Shown: positions 20,845 through 29,270 of the stretch, piece by piece | Layout of the letters: the number at the start of each line of letters is the position of its first letter | Position numbering within the stretch: position 1 is the stretch's first letter | From: Bacteroidota bacterium | GTDB lineage: Bacteria > Bacteroidota > Bacteroidia > Chitinophagales > Saprospiraceae | Assembly (NCBI GenBank): GCA_024642665.1 | Contig: JAHEAR010000021.1 | Coordinates: 453-64,452 of the forward strand | Length of the DNA: 64,000 nt | Direction: 5' to 3' | Notes under the pieces: model-generated | What the model saw: the letters and a program-made list of their open reading frames with translations, nothing else | What the model was told of the DNA's origin: nothing | The model's database searches: none | Position numbers and translations under genes: made by a program

Positions 20845-21204
20845 ATGGCACACGAATATACAGCAGCAAAAAAAATCGCCACAAAGACGATTATCATATT
20901 GGCAGTGGTTACAGTACTTGAAGTTATGTTGGCTTTGACCGGTAAAGGGTATATCATTGAAGGATGGCATATGACACCATGGATTATGCACATCAGTATG
21001 ATAGCCATGAGTGCCTACAAAGCCTACCTCATCGTTTTTGAGTTTATGCACATGAAGTATGAAGCAAAAGGACTTAAGCTCAGCGTGATTTTACCAACGG
21101 CCTTACTCATTTGGGCGGTGATTGCTTTTCTATACGAAGGCAATGCCTGGAAGGGCAACCGGGATACCGTAAAGGAGCTATCGAAAATAGAAGCGGTAGA
21201 GTAG
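20845..21204 (+). CDS. cytochrome c oxidase subunit IV (prokaryotic COX4-type small membrane subunit)
   Basis: 119 aa with three TM helices, located after the subunit III genes. Confidence 0.7.
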   Translation: MAHEYTAAKKIATKTIIILAVVTVLEVMLALTGKGYIIEGWHMTPWIMHISMIAMSAYKAYLIVFEFMHMKYEAKGLKLSVILPTALLIWAVIAFLYEGNAWKGNRDTVKELSKIEAVE

Positions 21205-21295
21205 TATGGTAAAATGATTGCCACGTGTATCAGATTTTAGCTTACCATCTTCAGCACTTGTTTCTATATCTTGAGCGTATTCAAGATTGATTAAT

Positions 21296-21889
21296 ATGAT
21301 CAAAATGTCAAGGAAGTTTTTAATTACAATTATTATTATCCTCTTCCTTCTCCCTTTTGTTTCCTGGTATTATCTGCAGTCCGGTCTCGACTGGCGTAAA
21401 GCAGCACAGCAGGTCATGCAGGGCACTAATCCTTTTCCGGAAGGTACTTATACAGATGCCGATGGTGATCTTTTTACGGCTGACAGTCTTGCCTACCGCG
21501 TATCTATAGTGAGTTTCTTTGCTTGTGATGGAAGTGATCCAGAAAGGAAAAGTGTGCTGGAAGACATCTACAATCAATTTAAAGACACGGGGAAGGCAAA
21601 CTATATTGTGCTTGATACCTGTGCATCTGATTCAGGGCAGGCTATGCTAATTGATCGTGATAAATGGTATATGCTTTCCTGTGATTCTTCGCAAGCCCTC
21701 TGTCAAACCTTATTAGCCGATTGGCCCTCTGATAAAGTATTTGCACTGGTAGATCAGCACGGAATTATCAGAAGTTATTATGCCATCGAAACGATTGATG
21801 ATAAGCGAATGCTGGTAGAACATATGTCCCTGCTTCTTCCACGTGATCGATCGGAAAAAGTGGAGCTCAAAAGAGGAGATAAAAAATGA
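21296..21889 (+). CDS. membrane-anchored thioredoxin-fold protein, SCO/SenC-like but lacking the CxxxC copper site
   Basis: It has an N-terminal TM anchor and sits inside the cox cluster. The segment VSIVSFFACDGSD aligns by eye to the SCO1 strand-CxxxC region, but only one Cys is present. The start is uncertain (21287 TTG, 21296 or 21305 ATG). Confidence 0.4.
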   Translation: MIKMSRKFLITIIIILFLLPFVSWYYLQSGLDWRKAAQQVMQGTNPFPEGTYTDADGDLFTADSLAYRVSIVSFFACDGSDPERKSVLEDIYNQFKDTGKANYIVLDTCASDSGQAMLIDRDKWYMLSCDSSQALCQTLLADWPSDKVFALVDQHGIIRSYYAIETIDDKRMLVEHMSLLLPRDRSEKVELKRGDKK

Positions 21890-22419
21890 CCGAGTCAATC
21901 CACCACAAACAAATTAAAAAGCTAAACACACTGGCCTGGGTGATTACGGTTATTGTTTGGCTTTTGGTTGGGGCTATGCGACGATATAAGTTTGAAGTAC
22001 CGTATGATCTAAGTTTTCTTGCAGGGCTAAATGCTTTTTTTAATACAGGGGTGACCGTTGCATTACTTTCAGCTTATTATTTTATCATGCAGGGCAAAGT
22101 GGAACAGCATCGTAGAAGTATATATGTGGCCATGTCCCTATCTGCCGGGTTCTTGCTTTCCTACGTTGGGTATCACTTTACCAATGAAGAAATTGTCTTT
22201 TGCAAAGAAGGTTTTGTTCGACAGGCCTACTATTTTATTCTATTGAGTCATATACTATTGGCCGGGTTAAGTTTGCCATTTATTCTGCTCACCTTTATCA
22301 GGGGGTATATGGGTGACTATATCACGCATCGAAAGATGGCCAAGTGGGTATTTCCGTTTTGGCTGTATGTCGCAGCGACTGGTCCGGTGATTTATTTTAT
22401 GTTGTTACCATGCAAATAA
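21886..22419 (+). CDS. DUF420 family membrane protein (CtaM-like oxidase-associated)
   Basis: 177 aa with four TM helices and conserved His residues (YHF, SHILLAG, HRKMAKW). It overlaps the upstream gene by 4 nt. Confidence 0.75.
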   Translation: MTESIHHKQIKKLNTLAWVITVIVWLLVGAMRRYKFEVPYDLSFLAGLNAFFNTGVTVALLSAYYFIMQGKVEQHRRSIYVAMSLSAGFLLSYVGYHFTNEEIVFCKEGFVRQAYYFILLSHILLAGLSLPFILLTFIRGYMGDYITHRKMAKWVFPFWLYVAATGPVIYFMLLPCK

Positions 22420-22442
22420 ATAGAACACAATTCACTATTTTT

Positions 22443-22712
22443 ATGGCAATGAAAGGCTTATACCGTTTTGCATTCATACTTATTCTTGGTCTTGGGACTA
22501 TGTTTTATATCCCGGAGGCACAAGCCCAGTGTCCTATGTGTAAAATGTCCGCCGAATCGAACATGAGAAATGGTGGAAATGGTGGAAAAGGGCTGAATGC
22601 AGGTATTCTATATATGCTAGCACTACCTTATACCTTAGTAGGTACACTCGGTTTTATCTGGTGGAGAAATAGCCGTCGTAAAGAAGAGGACGAAGTTGAG
22701 GTTTTACCTTAG
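22443..22712 (+). CDS. small secreted/anchored protein with CPMC motif (hypothetical)
   Basis: 89 aa. It has a signal peptide ending AQAQ, immediately followed by CPMCK, then a C-terminal TM helix and a charged tail. It is the last ORF of the cox cluster. The ATG at 22443 avoids overlapping the DUF420 gene. Confidence 0.5.
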   Translation: MAMKGLYRFAFILILGLGTMFYIPEAQAQCPMCKMSAESNMRNGGNGGKGLNAGILYMLALPYTLVGTLGFIWWRNSRRKEEDEVEVLP

Positions 22713-22935
22713 GTCAAAGCGTTGAGAGGAGTTGAGTACGCTGTGCCTTTGGAACATGTTGTTGAGTGAGTTTAGTTTAATAGCTATCTTGACACAGATA
22801 TTAGGTCTAACTTCTCGTGTCTTCCTTTGGTTTAATATTCAGGGTGTAAATTGTATCCATATCCATGTTTCAGGAAAGAACACGCTATGCCCTGCGCTTT
22901 CCGCTTAGCGGAACCTTGCACTCTATACCCCTCGA

Positions 22936-22991
22936 CCTAAGCTCGTTGCCCCATGCCCCATGCGTCTAAGGTCTACAAGTCCAAGGTCACC
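22936..22991. repeat. eight in-register degenerate heptamers (cctaagc tcgttgc cccatgc cccatgc gtctaag gtctaca agtccaa ggtcacc)
   Basis: Read directly from the sequence. The CCCCATG and GTCNNNN units are shared with the arrays at 39.4, 42.8 and 59.9 kb. Confidence 0.6.
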
Positions 22992-23002
22992 TTTTCTGCA
23001 TT

Positions 23003-23041
23003 GAAAAGAAAAGAGGTACACTGATTTCGCAATGCACCTCT
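23003..23041 (-). terminator. rho-independent terminator downstream of the 23066-23770 gene
   Basis: On the minus strand there is a 9-bp stem (agaggtgca / tgtacctct, with one G-U pair) followed by tttcttttc. Confidence 0.6.
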
Positions 23042-23065
23042 GATTCTCATGAAAAATTATATGAT

Positions 23066-23770
23066 TTAGAATCGCATGGTAAATCCTGCGCCGGCAGATA
23101 ATCCATGTGACTTGATTTTAATGTTTGTGATATTATCCTGAAACATATCATTCAGACTATGACGATAGGTCAAATCGAAATGGATAGATCCAATTTCTTG
23201 GATGGGTATACTAACACCCGCGCCTACCAGCGCAGAAACATCCACTCGGTTATACATGTCATTGTTTAAATTGATCTGTATGGCAGGTAGACTCCAGGTC
23301 AATAATGCGTTTATTTTTGGAGTGATCTTTCCATTAAAAGCATATCCGGTGGACGCTCCGGCCTTGATGTATGGCGTCACACCTTTTTCAACCAGATTAT
23401 ATTTTGCAATCAAAGGCACTTCGATATAATCAAGGCGGGTTTCTATTTGTGCCCCCACAGGAAGATCCAGTCCAAATACATTCACATTGAAATCTTCCCG
23501 CGCACCGAAACCTCTTGATGCATACTGTAGCCCAGTCATCAGTACCAATCGATTCGACATCGCCCGCTCATATGCAATGCCGGCAGTGTATTGTGCGATT
23601 GGTTTGATGTAAGGACTGATCAGTCCATCGATTGGTGTACCTCTCACTTCCATATTAGACGTGCCAAATCCGGCATGTGCGGTGAGATAAGACTGAGCCA
23701 GCATTTGGTGATGGATGAAAAAAACAACAGTACCAACGCTCAGCAATCGAAATGGTAGATTCGCTTTCAT
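23066..23770 (-). CDS. outer-membrane beta-barrel (porin-family) protein
   Basis: It has a signal peptide, an alternating hydrophobic pattern and a C-terminal aromatic residue (GAGFTMRF). Confidence 0.7.
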   Translation of the reverse strand: MKANLPFRLLSVGTVVFFIHHQMLAQSYLTAHAGFGTSNMEVRGTPIDGLISPYIKPIAQYTAGIAYERAMSNRLVLMTGLQYASRGFGAREDFNVNVFGLDLPVGAQIETRLDYIEVPLIAKYNLVEKGVTPYIKAGASTGYAFNGKITPKINALLTWSLPAIQINLNNDMYNRVDVSALVGAGVSIPIQEIGSIHFDLTYRHSLNDMFQDNITNIKIKSHGLSAGAGFTMRF

Positions 23771-23882
23771 GGCTAAATGTTTTTATTGAAAGAAAGACGC
23801 AGTTAGTTATGACATCATAACATAATAGGGCGTTAAGAAGAATTAAGAGAAACTTAAAATTAGTTATGCGAAGGGATGGCAC

Positions 23883-23915
23883 AAAAAAAAAGCTGCTTCA
23901 ATGACGAAGCAGCTT
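23883..23915 (-). terminator. rho-independent (bidirectional-type) terminator downstream of the 23935-24435 gene
   Basis: Perfect 10-bp stem (aagctgcttc / gaagcagctt) with a 6-nt loop, flanked by an A8 run and a T run. Confidence 0.75.
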
Positions 23916-23934
23916 TTTTATAATAACAAATCGT

Positions 23935-24435
23935 TTATCGTTTGAGTATATATCTTGCTGAAAGAGCACCCCATGGATAGAACCCTGAATCCCAACCTCC
24001 AATGCGGATCGTAGGAGCGAAATCCAAACTAAGTTCAATTGGTGCATCTGCGAAAGCATAATCCAATCCAATAATACCGCTTAGACCTACGCCAAATTTT
24101 CCGGGAAGATCAATCCAGCCACTATATGCATTGTTATAATTTAAAAATAATACACTTGCGCCAAATCCATAAAACCACTTAAGGCCATCCACGCCATTGA
24201 TGTCATTATGGATTTCATAAAATCCACCTACTGTAATGTAGCTATAGACATTAGCATAGCCCCGGTAACCAACATACAAATCCAAAGCACTTTTCTCTGT
24301 CAAAAAAGTCTTGTACGTAAGCGATAGTGGATATCCTAATCGCAATCCGATAGCACTCTTATAATCCTGTGCCTGAACATTGGATGCAAATGCAAATCCG
24401 GTAATGAGAAGAGATAGTAAAATAAATTTTTTCAT
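23935..24435 (-). CDS. small outer-membrane beta-barrel protein (hypothetical)
   Basis: 166 aa with a signal peptide (ASNVQAQ). It is Gly/Tyr-rich with alternating beta-strand patterns. Confidence 0.6.
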   Translation of the reverse strand: MKKFILLSLLITGFAFASNVQAQDYKSAIGLRLGYPLSLTYKTFLTEKSALDLYVGYRGYANVYSYITVGGFYEIHNDINGVDGLKWFYGFGASVLFLNYNNAYSGWIDLPGKFGVGLSGIIGLDYAFADAPIELSLDFAPTIRIGGWDSGFYPWGALSARYILKR

Positions 24436-24531
24436 AGCTGGGTTTTTGTTTTTGTGAATTAAATGGTCAATTGAAATTATGCTAAATATACAGATAATTC
24501 TAATTTGTTCATAAAATGTTTAGCATCTCAT

Positions 24532-24942
24532 TTAACGAATGGGTCGCTTAGATATACCATTGACCAATAGGGCAATCCAACCGGTAATAAAAAAAAGCCC
24601 GCCAAGGGGGGTCAAGATACCAATCATTGAGACCGGAAACCCTGTAAGATCGGATGTGGCAATAATAAAAAGGGAACCCGAAAAGAACAGAATCCCAAGG
24701 ATAAAACTGATTCCTGCGAATTTTAGCCACTTTGTGGGAGGTTGTATTTGACCCAAAATTCCGATGAGGATTATGGCAAGGACATGAATAAACAGGTACA
24801 AGACACCCGTTTTTAGCGTTGTCAAATCACTCGTGTCCAGCCGCGATTTTAAAAAATGGGCACCAAAAGCGCCTATCATAACTCCAAAAGCGCCAAGAAG
24901 TCCTGCGAGCGTAATCAACCGTGAAAAGAATGGATTATTCAT
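24532..24942 (-). CDS. DUF423 (YgdD-like) membrane protein
   Basis: 136 aa with four TM helices and the motif GAFGAHFLK. Confidence 0.8.
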   Translation of the reverse strand: MNNPFFSRLITLAGLLGAFGVMIGAFGAHFLKSRLDTSDLTTLKTGVLYLFIHVLAIILIGILGQIQPPTKWLKFAGISFILGILFFSGSLFIIATSDLTGFPVSMIGILTPLGGLFFITGWIALLVNGISKRPIR

Positions 24943-25597
24943 ATAATGACCAGTTTACAGGGCTTTGCCCTTGTTTTATGAGAATGTCATTCACCTTTGA
25001 AAAATGGCGACAACCACTAAAGGCATTTCGTGCAAGGGGAGAAGGGTGGGCAGCTTCCAGAATGGTATGCTGATCCTTGTTGATGAGTTCTTTTTTTGAC
25101 CGGGCATAGTTGCCCCAAAGCAGGAAAATAACACCTTGCCGTTGGTCTGATATTTTTTTAATGACGGCATCGGTAAATAATTGCCAGCCGATTTTACTGT
25201 GCGAGCCTGCATTCCCTTTTTCTACCGTTAAAATAGCATTTAACATAAATACTCCTTGTGTGGCCCATGGCGTCAGATCGCCATGAGACGGAATCGTAAA
25301 GTTGATATCTGACTTTAATTCCTTGTAGATGTTTTTCAGCGAAGCGGGAACGGGTACTTTTTTGGAAACAGAAAAGCAAAGCCCCATGGCCTGATGATCA
25401 CCATGGTAAGGGTCCTGACCCAGGATGACCACCTTAACTTTTTCAAACGGTGTTTGATTGAATGCATTAAAAATTTGAGGTCCGGGAGGAAATATGACTT
25501 TCCCTTTAGCTTTCTCAATGCTGAGGAATTGTTTGATCTGAGCAAAATAGGGTTTCGAAAACTCATCCTTCATTTGCTCCTTCCAACCAGACTCCAT
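24935..25597 (-). CDS. ung: uracil-DNA glycosylase
   Basis: Motifs GQDPYHG and AAHPSPLA are present. I prefer the start at MESGWKEQ (25597). The ORF track extends the ORF to 25636. Confidence 0.92.
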   Translation of the reverse strand: MESGWKEQMKDEFSKPYFAQIKQFLSIEKAKGKVIFPPGPQIFNAFNQTPFEKVKVVILGQDPYHGDHQAMGLCFSVSKKVPVPASLKNIYKELKSDINFTIPSHGDLTPWATQGVFMLNAILTVEKGNAGSHSKIGWQLFTDAVIKKISDQRQGVIFLLWGNYARSKKELINKDQHTILEAAHPSPLARNAFSGCRHFSKVNDILIKQGQSPVNWSLYE

Positions 25598-25658
25598 CCG
25601 TATGGTGGTTGGATCGATCTGTGGCAAGGGCACCATAAGAGAGTATAAGTTGAGAAAG

Positions 25659-25732
25659 TGACTCCACCAGGGCTCGAACCTGGAACCTACGGTTTAGAAA
25701 ACCGTTGCTCTATCCTGTTGAGCTATGGAGCC
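25659..25732 (-). tRNA. tRNA-Arg (anticodon TCT)
   Basis: Hand-folded 74-nt cloverleaf: GGCTCCA TA GCTC AACAGGATA GAGC A ACGGT TTTCTAA ACCGT AGGTT CCAGG TTCGAGC CCTGG TGGAGTC A. No CCA is encoded. Confidence 0.9.
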
Positions 25733-25840
25733 ATTAAAAGAGGTGCAAATATAAAGGACTTCAGGCAGAGCAAAAAGACTTCTCACACTTCTATGCAGAA
25801 ACAGCACAAAATGATTGTTAAGTGTTTGGCTAATAAGTGA

Positions 25841-26350
25841 TTAGGACTTCGCTTTGAACTCCTGCCAGGTGATTTTTTTATAGTGTTCTTCAGAAGCAAA
25901 CGTCAATTCTTTTAAAATATCAGGACTCTCAATGTACCCCGGGGCTACCAGAATCCTAGAAAAGGCACTATCCATAATGACATAGGTTGGATAAGACAAC
26001 TGACCATTGAGCAGATCGTAGGCTAGTTGGTTGATACCATCGCGCTTATAGGGGATCCACTTATATTCCTGCTCTTTCCATATAATGGTCTCTTTTTGTT
26101 CTGCATTTAGTTTTACAGCATAAAAATCCGCGTTGATGGAAGCGATGACGGCAGGATCTTTAAAAGTCGTTGCATCCATCTTCTTGCACCAGCCACACCA
26201 ATCCGTGTAGACATCCACAAATATTTTTTTGGGATGGACTTGGTTGGCTTGAGTGGCCTCTTCCCAGGTCATCCAATGAATTTCCTGGGCACTCAGGAGG
26301 ATTGTAAAAAGAACCAACAGCGTCGTTAAACAATATCTGAATAAAGACAT
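25841..26350 (-). CDS. secreted thioredoxin-fold protein (thioredoxin/DUF255-like)
   Basis: It has a signal peptide and the redox motif WCGWCKKMD. Confidence 0.75.
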   Translation of the reverse strand: MSLFRYCLTTLLVLFTILLSAQEIHWMTWEEATQANQVHPKKIFVDVYTDWCGWCKKMDATTFKDPAVIASINADFYAVKLNAEQKETIIWKEQEYKWIPYKRDGINQLAYDLLNGQLSYPTYVIMDSAFSRILVAPGYIESPDILKELTFASEEHYKKITWQEFKAKS

Positions 26351-26382
26351 TTTATTACATTGTTAGGTGAAGCCACAAATAT

Positions 26383-26943
26383 ATGCATAAACTAATAGTA
26401 GGTCTGGGAGGTTCAAGCGGTTCGATCTATGCGCGCCTTCTATTGGACCGTCTGGAACAGATCTCAGAGCAGTATGAGGAGATAGGAATTGTGATGAGCC
26501 GAAATGCGGAGATCAACTGGGCCCTTGAGATAAAGGATAAATCCATAAAGGATTATGGACACACGGTCTATCGGCAGGATGACTTCAATGCCCCTTTTGC
26601 CAGTGGATCTGCTAAATTTGCAACGATGATTGTTTGCCCATGTTCGATGGGTTCGATGGCCAGAATAGCGCATGGCTTTTCAGATGACCTGATGACCCGT
26701 GCCGCGGATGTTATTTTGAAGGAAAGAAGAAAGTTGATACTCGTTCCCAGAGAAACCCCCTTTAGTCTTATTCACATTGAAAATATGCATAAGCTTACCC
26801 AGGCCGGAGCAATTATTTGTCCGGCGATTCCTTCGTTTTATAATGGAGCGGACTCCGTTGAGAAGGCTTGTCTTACAGTCGTCGATCGAGTGTTGGATCT
26901 CGCTGGATTTGATATTGATTCATTCAGATGGGGCGGAAAGTGA
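26383..26943 (+). CDS. ubiX: UbiX-family flavin prenyltransferase
   Basis: 186 aa with motifs GGSSGSIY, CPCSMGSMARIAHG and LVPRETP. Confidence 0.9.
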   Translation: MHKLIVGLGGSSGSIYARLLLDRLEQISEQYEEIGIVMSRNAEINWALEIKDKSIKDYGHTVYRQDDFNAPFASGSAKFATMIVCPCSMGSMARIAHGFSDDLMTRAADVILKERRKLILVPRETPFSLIHIENMHKLTQAGAIICPAIPSFYNGADSVEKACLTVVDRVLDLAGFDIDSFRWGGK

Positions 26944-27049
26944 AAATTGAAAATTGAAGAGCAGATCGTTTTCGCCAGGCAGGAGAAAGATCTCTTGCTA
27001 TTTGCCTTTCGCTTCAATCCCTTATTTTTGTTATTGAAATATATCCATC

Positions 27050-27316
27050 ATGACATCCGCACCATTACAGCAACTTGAAAATGGCATTTCTTATCAGGAT
27101 GGGGAGTATCCTTGTCGGATACACTTTGATCATGAGCGAGGCGATTGGTTTAATCTGGATGAGATAATTCCAATTATCACAGTACTAAAAACACCGACAG
27201 GTGAATGGAAGGTCAAAGGGCTGGTAAGTCCAACCATGCTCCTTAATGCAGATAATCCGATGAAGCACTTGTATGAAATTGCTTTGAATGATTATCATAA
27301 AGCTATTGATCAATAG
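27050..27316 (+). CDS. hypothetical protein
   Basis: 88-aa ORF in an otherwise empty gap. I recognise no motif. Confidence 0.4.
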   Translation: MTSAPLQQLENGISYQDGEYPCRIHFDHERGDWFNLDEIIPIITVLKTPTGEWKVKGLVSPTMLLNADNPMKHLYEIALNDYHKAIDQ

Positions 27317-27364
27317 CCTAGAATTTAATAAAGGCAGCACCTTACATACTTTGAATCAGGTACG

Positions 27365-28219
27365 CTAAGGTTCAGGGGGTGCGAAATCTTTTTTATAAAC
27401 GATCGTTCGATAAGGAAAAGGAATTTCAATGCCTTCGCGTTCAAAGCGCTCTTTAACCGATTTGAGCATATCGCACATGAGGACAAAAGCATTGTCGCTT
27501 CCTTCTGTCCAGATATATGCTTTTAAATCAACAGAATAATCTGAAAGCGCAATCACCCGTATGATGACGGCCGGATGATTGGATTCAATCTCTTCCTTAT
27601 CCCGATTGTCCAGAAAGAGGGGATGTTTTTCTGCTTCGGAGCGAATAATATCCATTGCTTTATCAATGCTGGAATCATAACTTATCGAAAAGACAATATG
27701 CTTTCTTATTTTCTCATCCTGGATATTGCTATTGATGATGGTTTCTTCGCTGATGACACTATTTGGTATGACGATCCTTCTGTTTTCATAATTATTAATC
27801 AGGGTATGTCGCAGTGTGATGTCTTCAATGACACCTATGGATCCATCTTTTAATTCTATGATATCTGATATCCTGTACGGTTTGAAGATCAAAATAAATA
27901 TCCCGCTGATAATATTGGCAAAAGCTTTTTGGGAAGCAAAACCAACAATCACCGCAACGATTCCTGCTCCGGCGAAAAGGGCAGTACCGAGGGATTTTAA
28001 ATAAGGGATTTTTAAAAAGATGAATAAAGTGGCAATGGCATAAATGATAAATCCAATTGAATTTTTGATGAAAGAAAAATTGGTCGGATCAGCATTTAGT
28101 TTTTCTGCATAATTGTCGATGAAGACATTGAGTATTTTTCGCAGGATCAGTGAAAAAACAACAGCAATGGCTAAGGTGATAGCGATTAATATAAGATACT
28201 GAAGTACTTCGTGATTCAT
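27365..28219 (-). CDS. mechanosensitive ion channel (MscS family)
   Basis: Three N-terminal TM helices, followed by the MscS beta-domain pattern (ISGIFILIFKPYRISDIIEL...GVIEDITLRHT). Confidence 0.85.
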   Translation of the reverse strand: MNHEVLQYLILIAITLAIAVVFSLILRKILNVFIDNYAEKLNADPTNFSFIKNSIGFIIYAIATLFIFLKIPYLKSLGTALFAGAGIVAVIVGFASQKAFANIISGIFILIFKPYRISDIIELKDGSIGVIEDITLRHTLINNYENRRIVIPNSVISEETIINSNIQDEKIRKHIVFSISYDSSIDKAMDIIRSEAEKHPLFLDNRDKEEIESNHPAVIIRVIALSDYSVDLKAYIWTEGSDNAFVLMCDMLKSVKERFEREGIEIPFPYRTIVYKKDFAPPEP

Positions 28220-28392
28220 GAAATTTGACTTTGATCATTTAAGTAGGGAGGGGCAATTTAAGAAAATGATAAGGCTCCTCCATGCGCTTTGGCAGGTTGG
28301 CCTAAAGTTAGGTAAAAACAATTATAACAATTTGAAAAACAGCAAAGTAGGAGAATGCCGGTGGAAGATTAAAGCGAAGTATGAAAAATTTG

Positions 28393-28464
28393 TAGTCCCG
28401 GCAGGAATCGAACCTGCATCTAAAGTTTAGGAAACTTCTATTCTATCCATTGAACTACGGGACC
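28393..28464 (-). tRNA. tRNA-Arg (anticodon CCT)
   Basis: Hand-folded 72-nt cloverleaf: GGTCCCG TA GTTC AATGGATA GAAT A GAAGT TTCCTAA ACTTT AGAT GCAGG TTCGATT CCTGC CGGGACT A. Confidence 0.85.
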
Positions 28465-28633
28465 AAGAGCGTGCAAATATAAGGCTATTGCCATGGAAAC
28501 ACAGGTAAATTGTCCTTTGGCCTACTCGCTGATTCACACCTTATTAACAGGAAGTCATACATCATTCTTTTTAGATATGTATAGTTGTATTAATTTTGCA
28601 TAGCTATTTAAGAATCTAAAAATTTATATAAAA

Positions 28634-29173
28634 ATGACTCTATTAAAGAATTTATTTGCTGCAGTAGTTTTGTTACTATCCGTAGTAATGATCTCCTGCC
28701 AAAGCGGAGCCGAGGAGGCTCGTGATGAAGCCAGAGAAAGCCTGACTCAAACTGAAGGAGCAGCGGCCGCGTCTCAAGTGTCCTCTACACCGGCAGCTCA
28801 ACCATCATCAGTAGCTGCAGAATCAGATGCACCGGTAGGTCCTACTACGGTGATGAAGTTTGAACACATGGATTATGAGTTCGGCACCGTAAAGGAAGGA
28901 GAGAAAGTTTCTCATACCTACAAATTTACCAATACAGGAGATGAGCCTTTGATCATCAGCAGTGCTAAAGGAAGCTGCGGTTGTACAGTTCCAAAGTGGC
29001 CATCTGAGCCTATTGCACCAGGAGCTACAGGCGTGATTGATGTTGTTTTTGATAGTAAGGGTAAGCCAGGAAAACAAGCTAAGCGTGTAACTGTTAATGC
29101 TAATACAGTACCTGCTCAAACTTTTCTGAATATCTCAGGTACAGTAGAAAAAGCGGCTGATGCGCCAAACTAA
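28634..29173 (+). CDS. DUF1573 domain lipoprotein
   Basis: Lipobox-like VMISC and a low-complexity linker. The C-terminal domain has the pattern FGTVKEGEKVSHTYKFTNTGDEPLIISSAKGSCGCT. Confidence 0.8.
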   Translation: MTLLKNLFAAVVLLLSVVMISCQSGAEEARDEARESLTQTEGAAAASQVSSTPAAQPSSVAAESDAPVGPTTVMKFEHMDYEFGTVKEGEKVSHTYKFTNTGDEPLIISSAKGSCGCTVPKWPSEPIAPGATGVIDVVFDSKGKPGKQAKRVTVNANTVPAQTFLNISGTVEKAADAPN

Positions 29174-29226
29174 AAAATGAAATAGACCTAGTTCTAGGTA
29201 ACCTTGTGTTACAATCGTTAAAAAAT

Positions 29227-29260
29227 GCCTGTAAAGCGTATTACTTTACAGGCATTTTTA
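29227..29260 (+). terminator. rho-independent terminator after the DUF1573 gene
   Basis: Perfect 10-bp stem (gcctgtaaag / ctttacaggc) with a 7-nt loop, followed by atttttaatttt. Confidence 0.75.
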
Positions 29261-29270
29261 ATTTTGTCCT

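Noticed and set aside
21205-21286. Imperfect hairpin (atggtaa ... ttaccat) between the subunit IV and SCO-like genes as an internal terminator
   Set aside because: The stem is only 7 bp with a long irregular loop and no following T run. It is more likely an ordinary intercistronic spacer.
22344-22442. Longer 122-aa version of the small CPMC protein ORF
   Set aside because: The N-terminal extension overlaps the end of the DUF420 gene in another frame and lacks signal-peptide character. The internal ATG at 22443 gives a clean signal peptide.
25658-25840. 60-aa plus-strand ORF (and the similar 70-aa ORF at 28218-28430)
   Set aside because: Both ORFs run across the tRNA-Arg genes on the opposite strand and contain the translated tRNA sequence (PGLEPGT, PAGIEPAS). 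They are artefacts.
25659-28464. Genomic island or integrated element next to the two tRNA-Arg genes
   Set aside because: There is no integrase, no direct repeat of a tRNA 3-prime end, and no phage or IS genes. The flanking genes (ung, thioredoxin-like, ubiX, mscS, DUF1573) are ordinary chromosomal genes.
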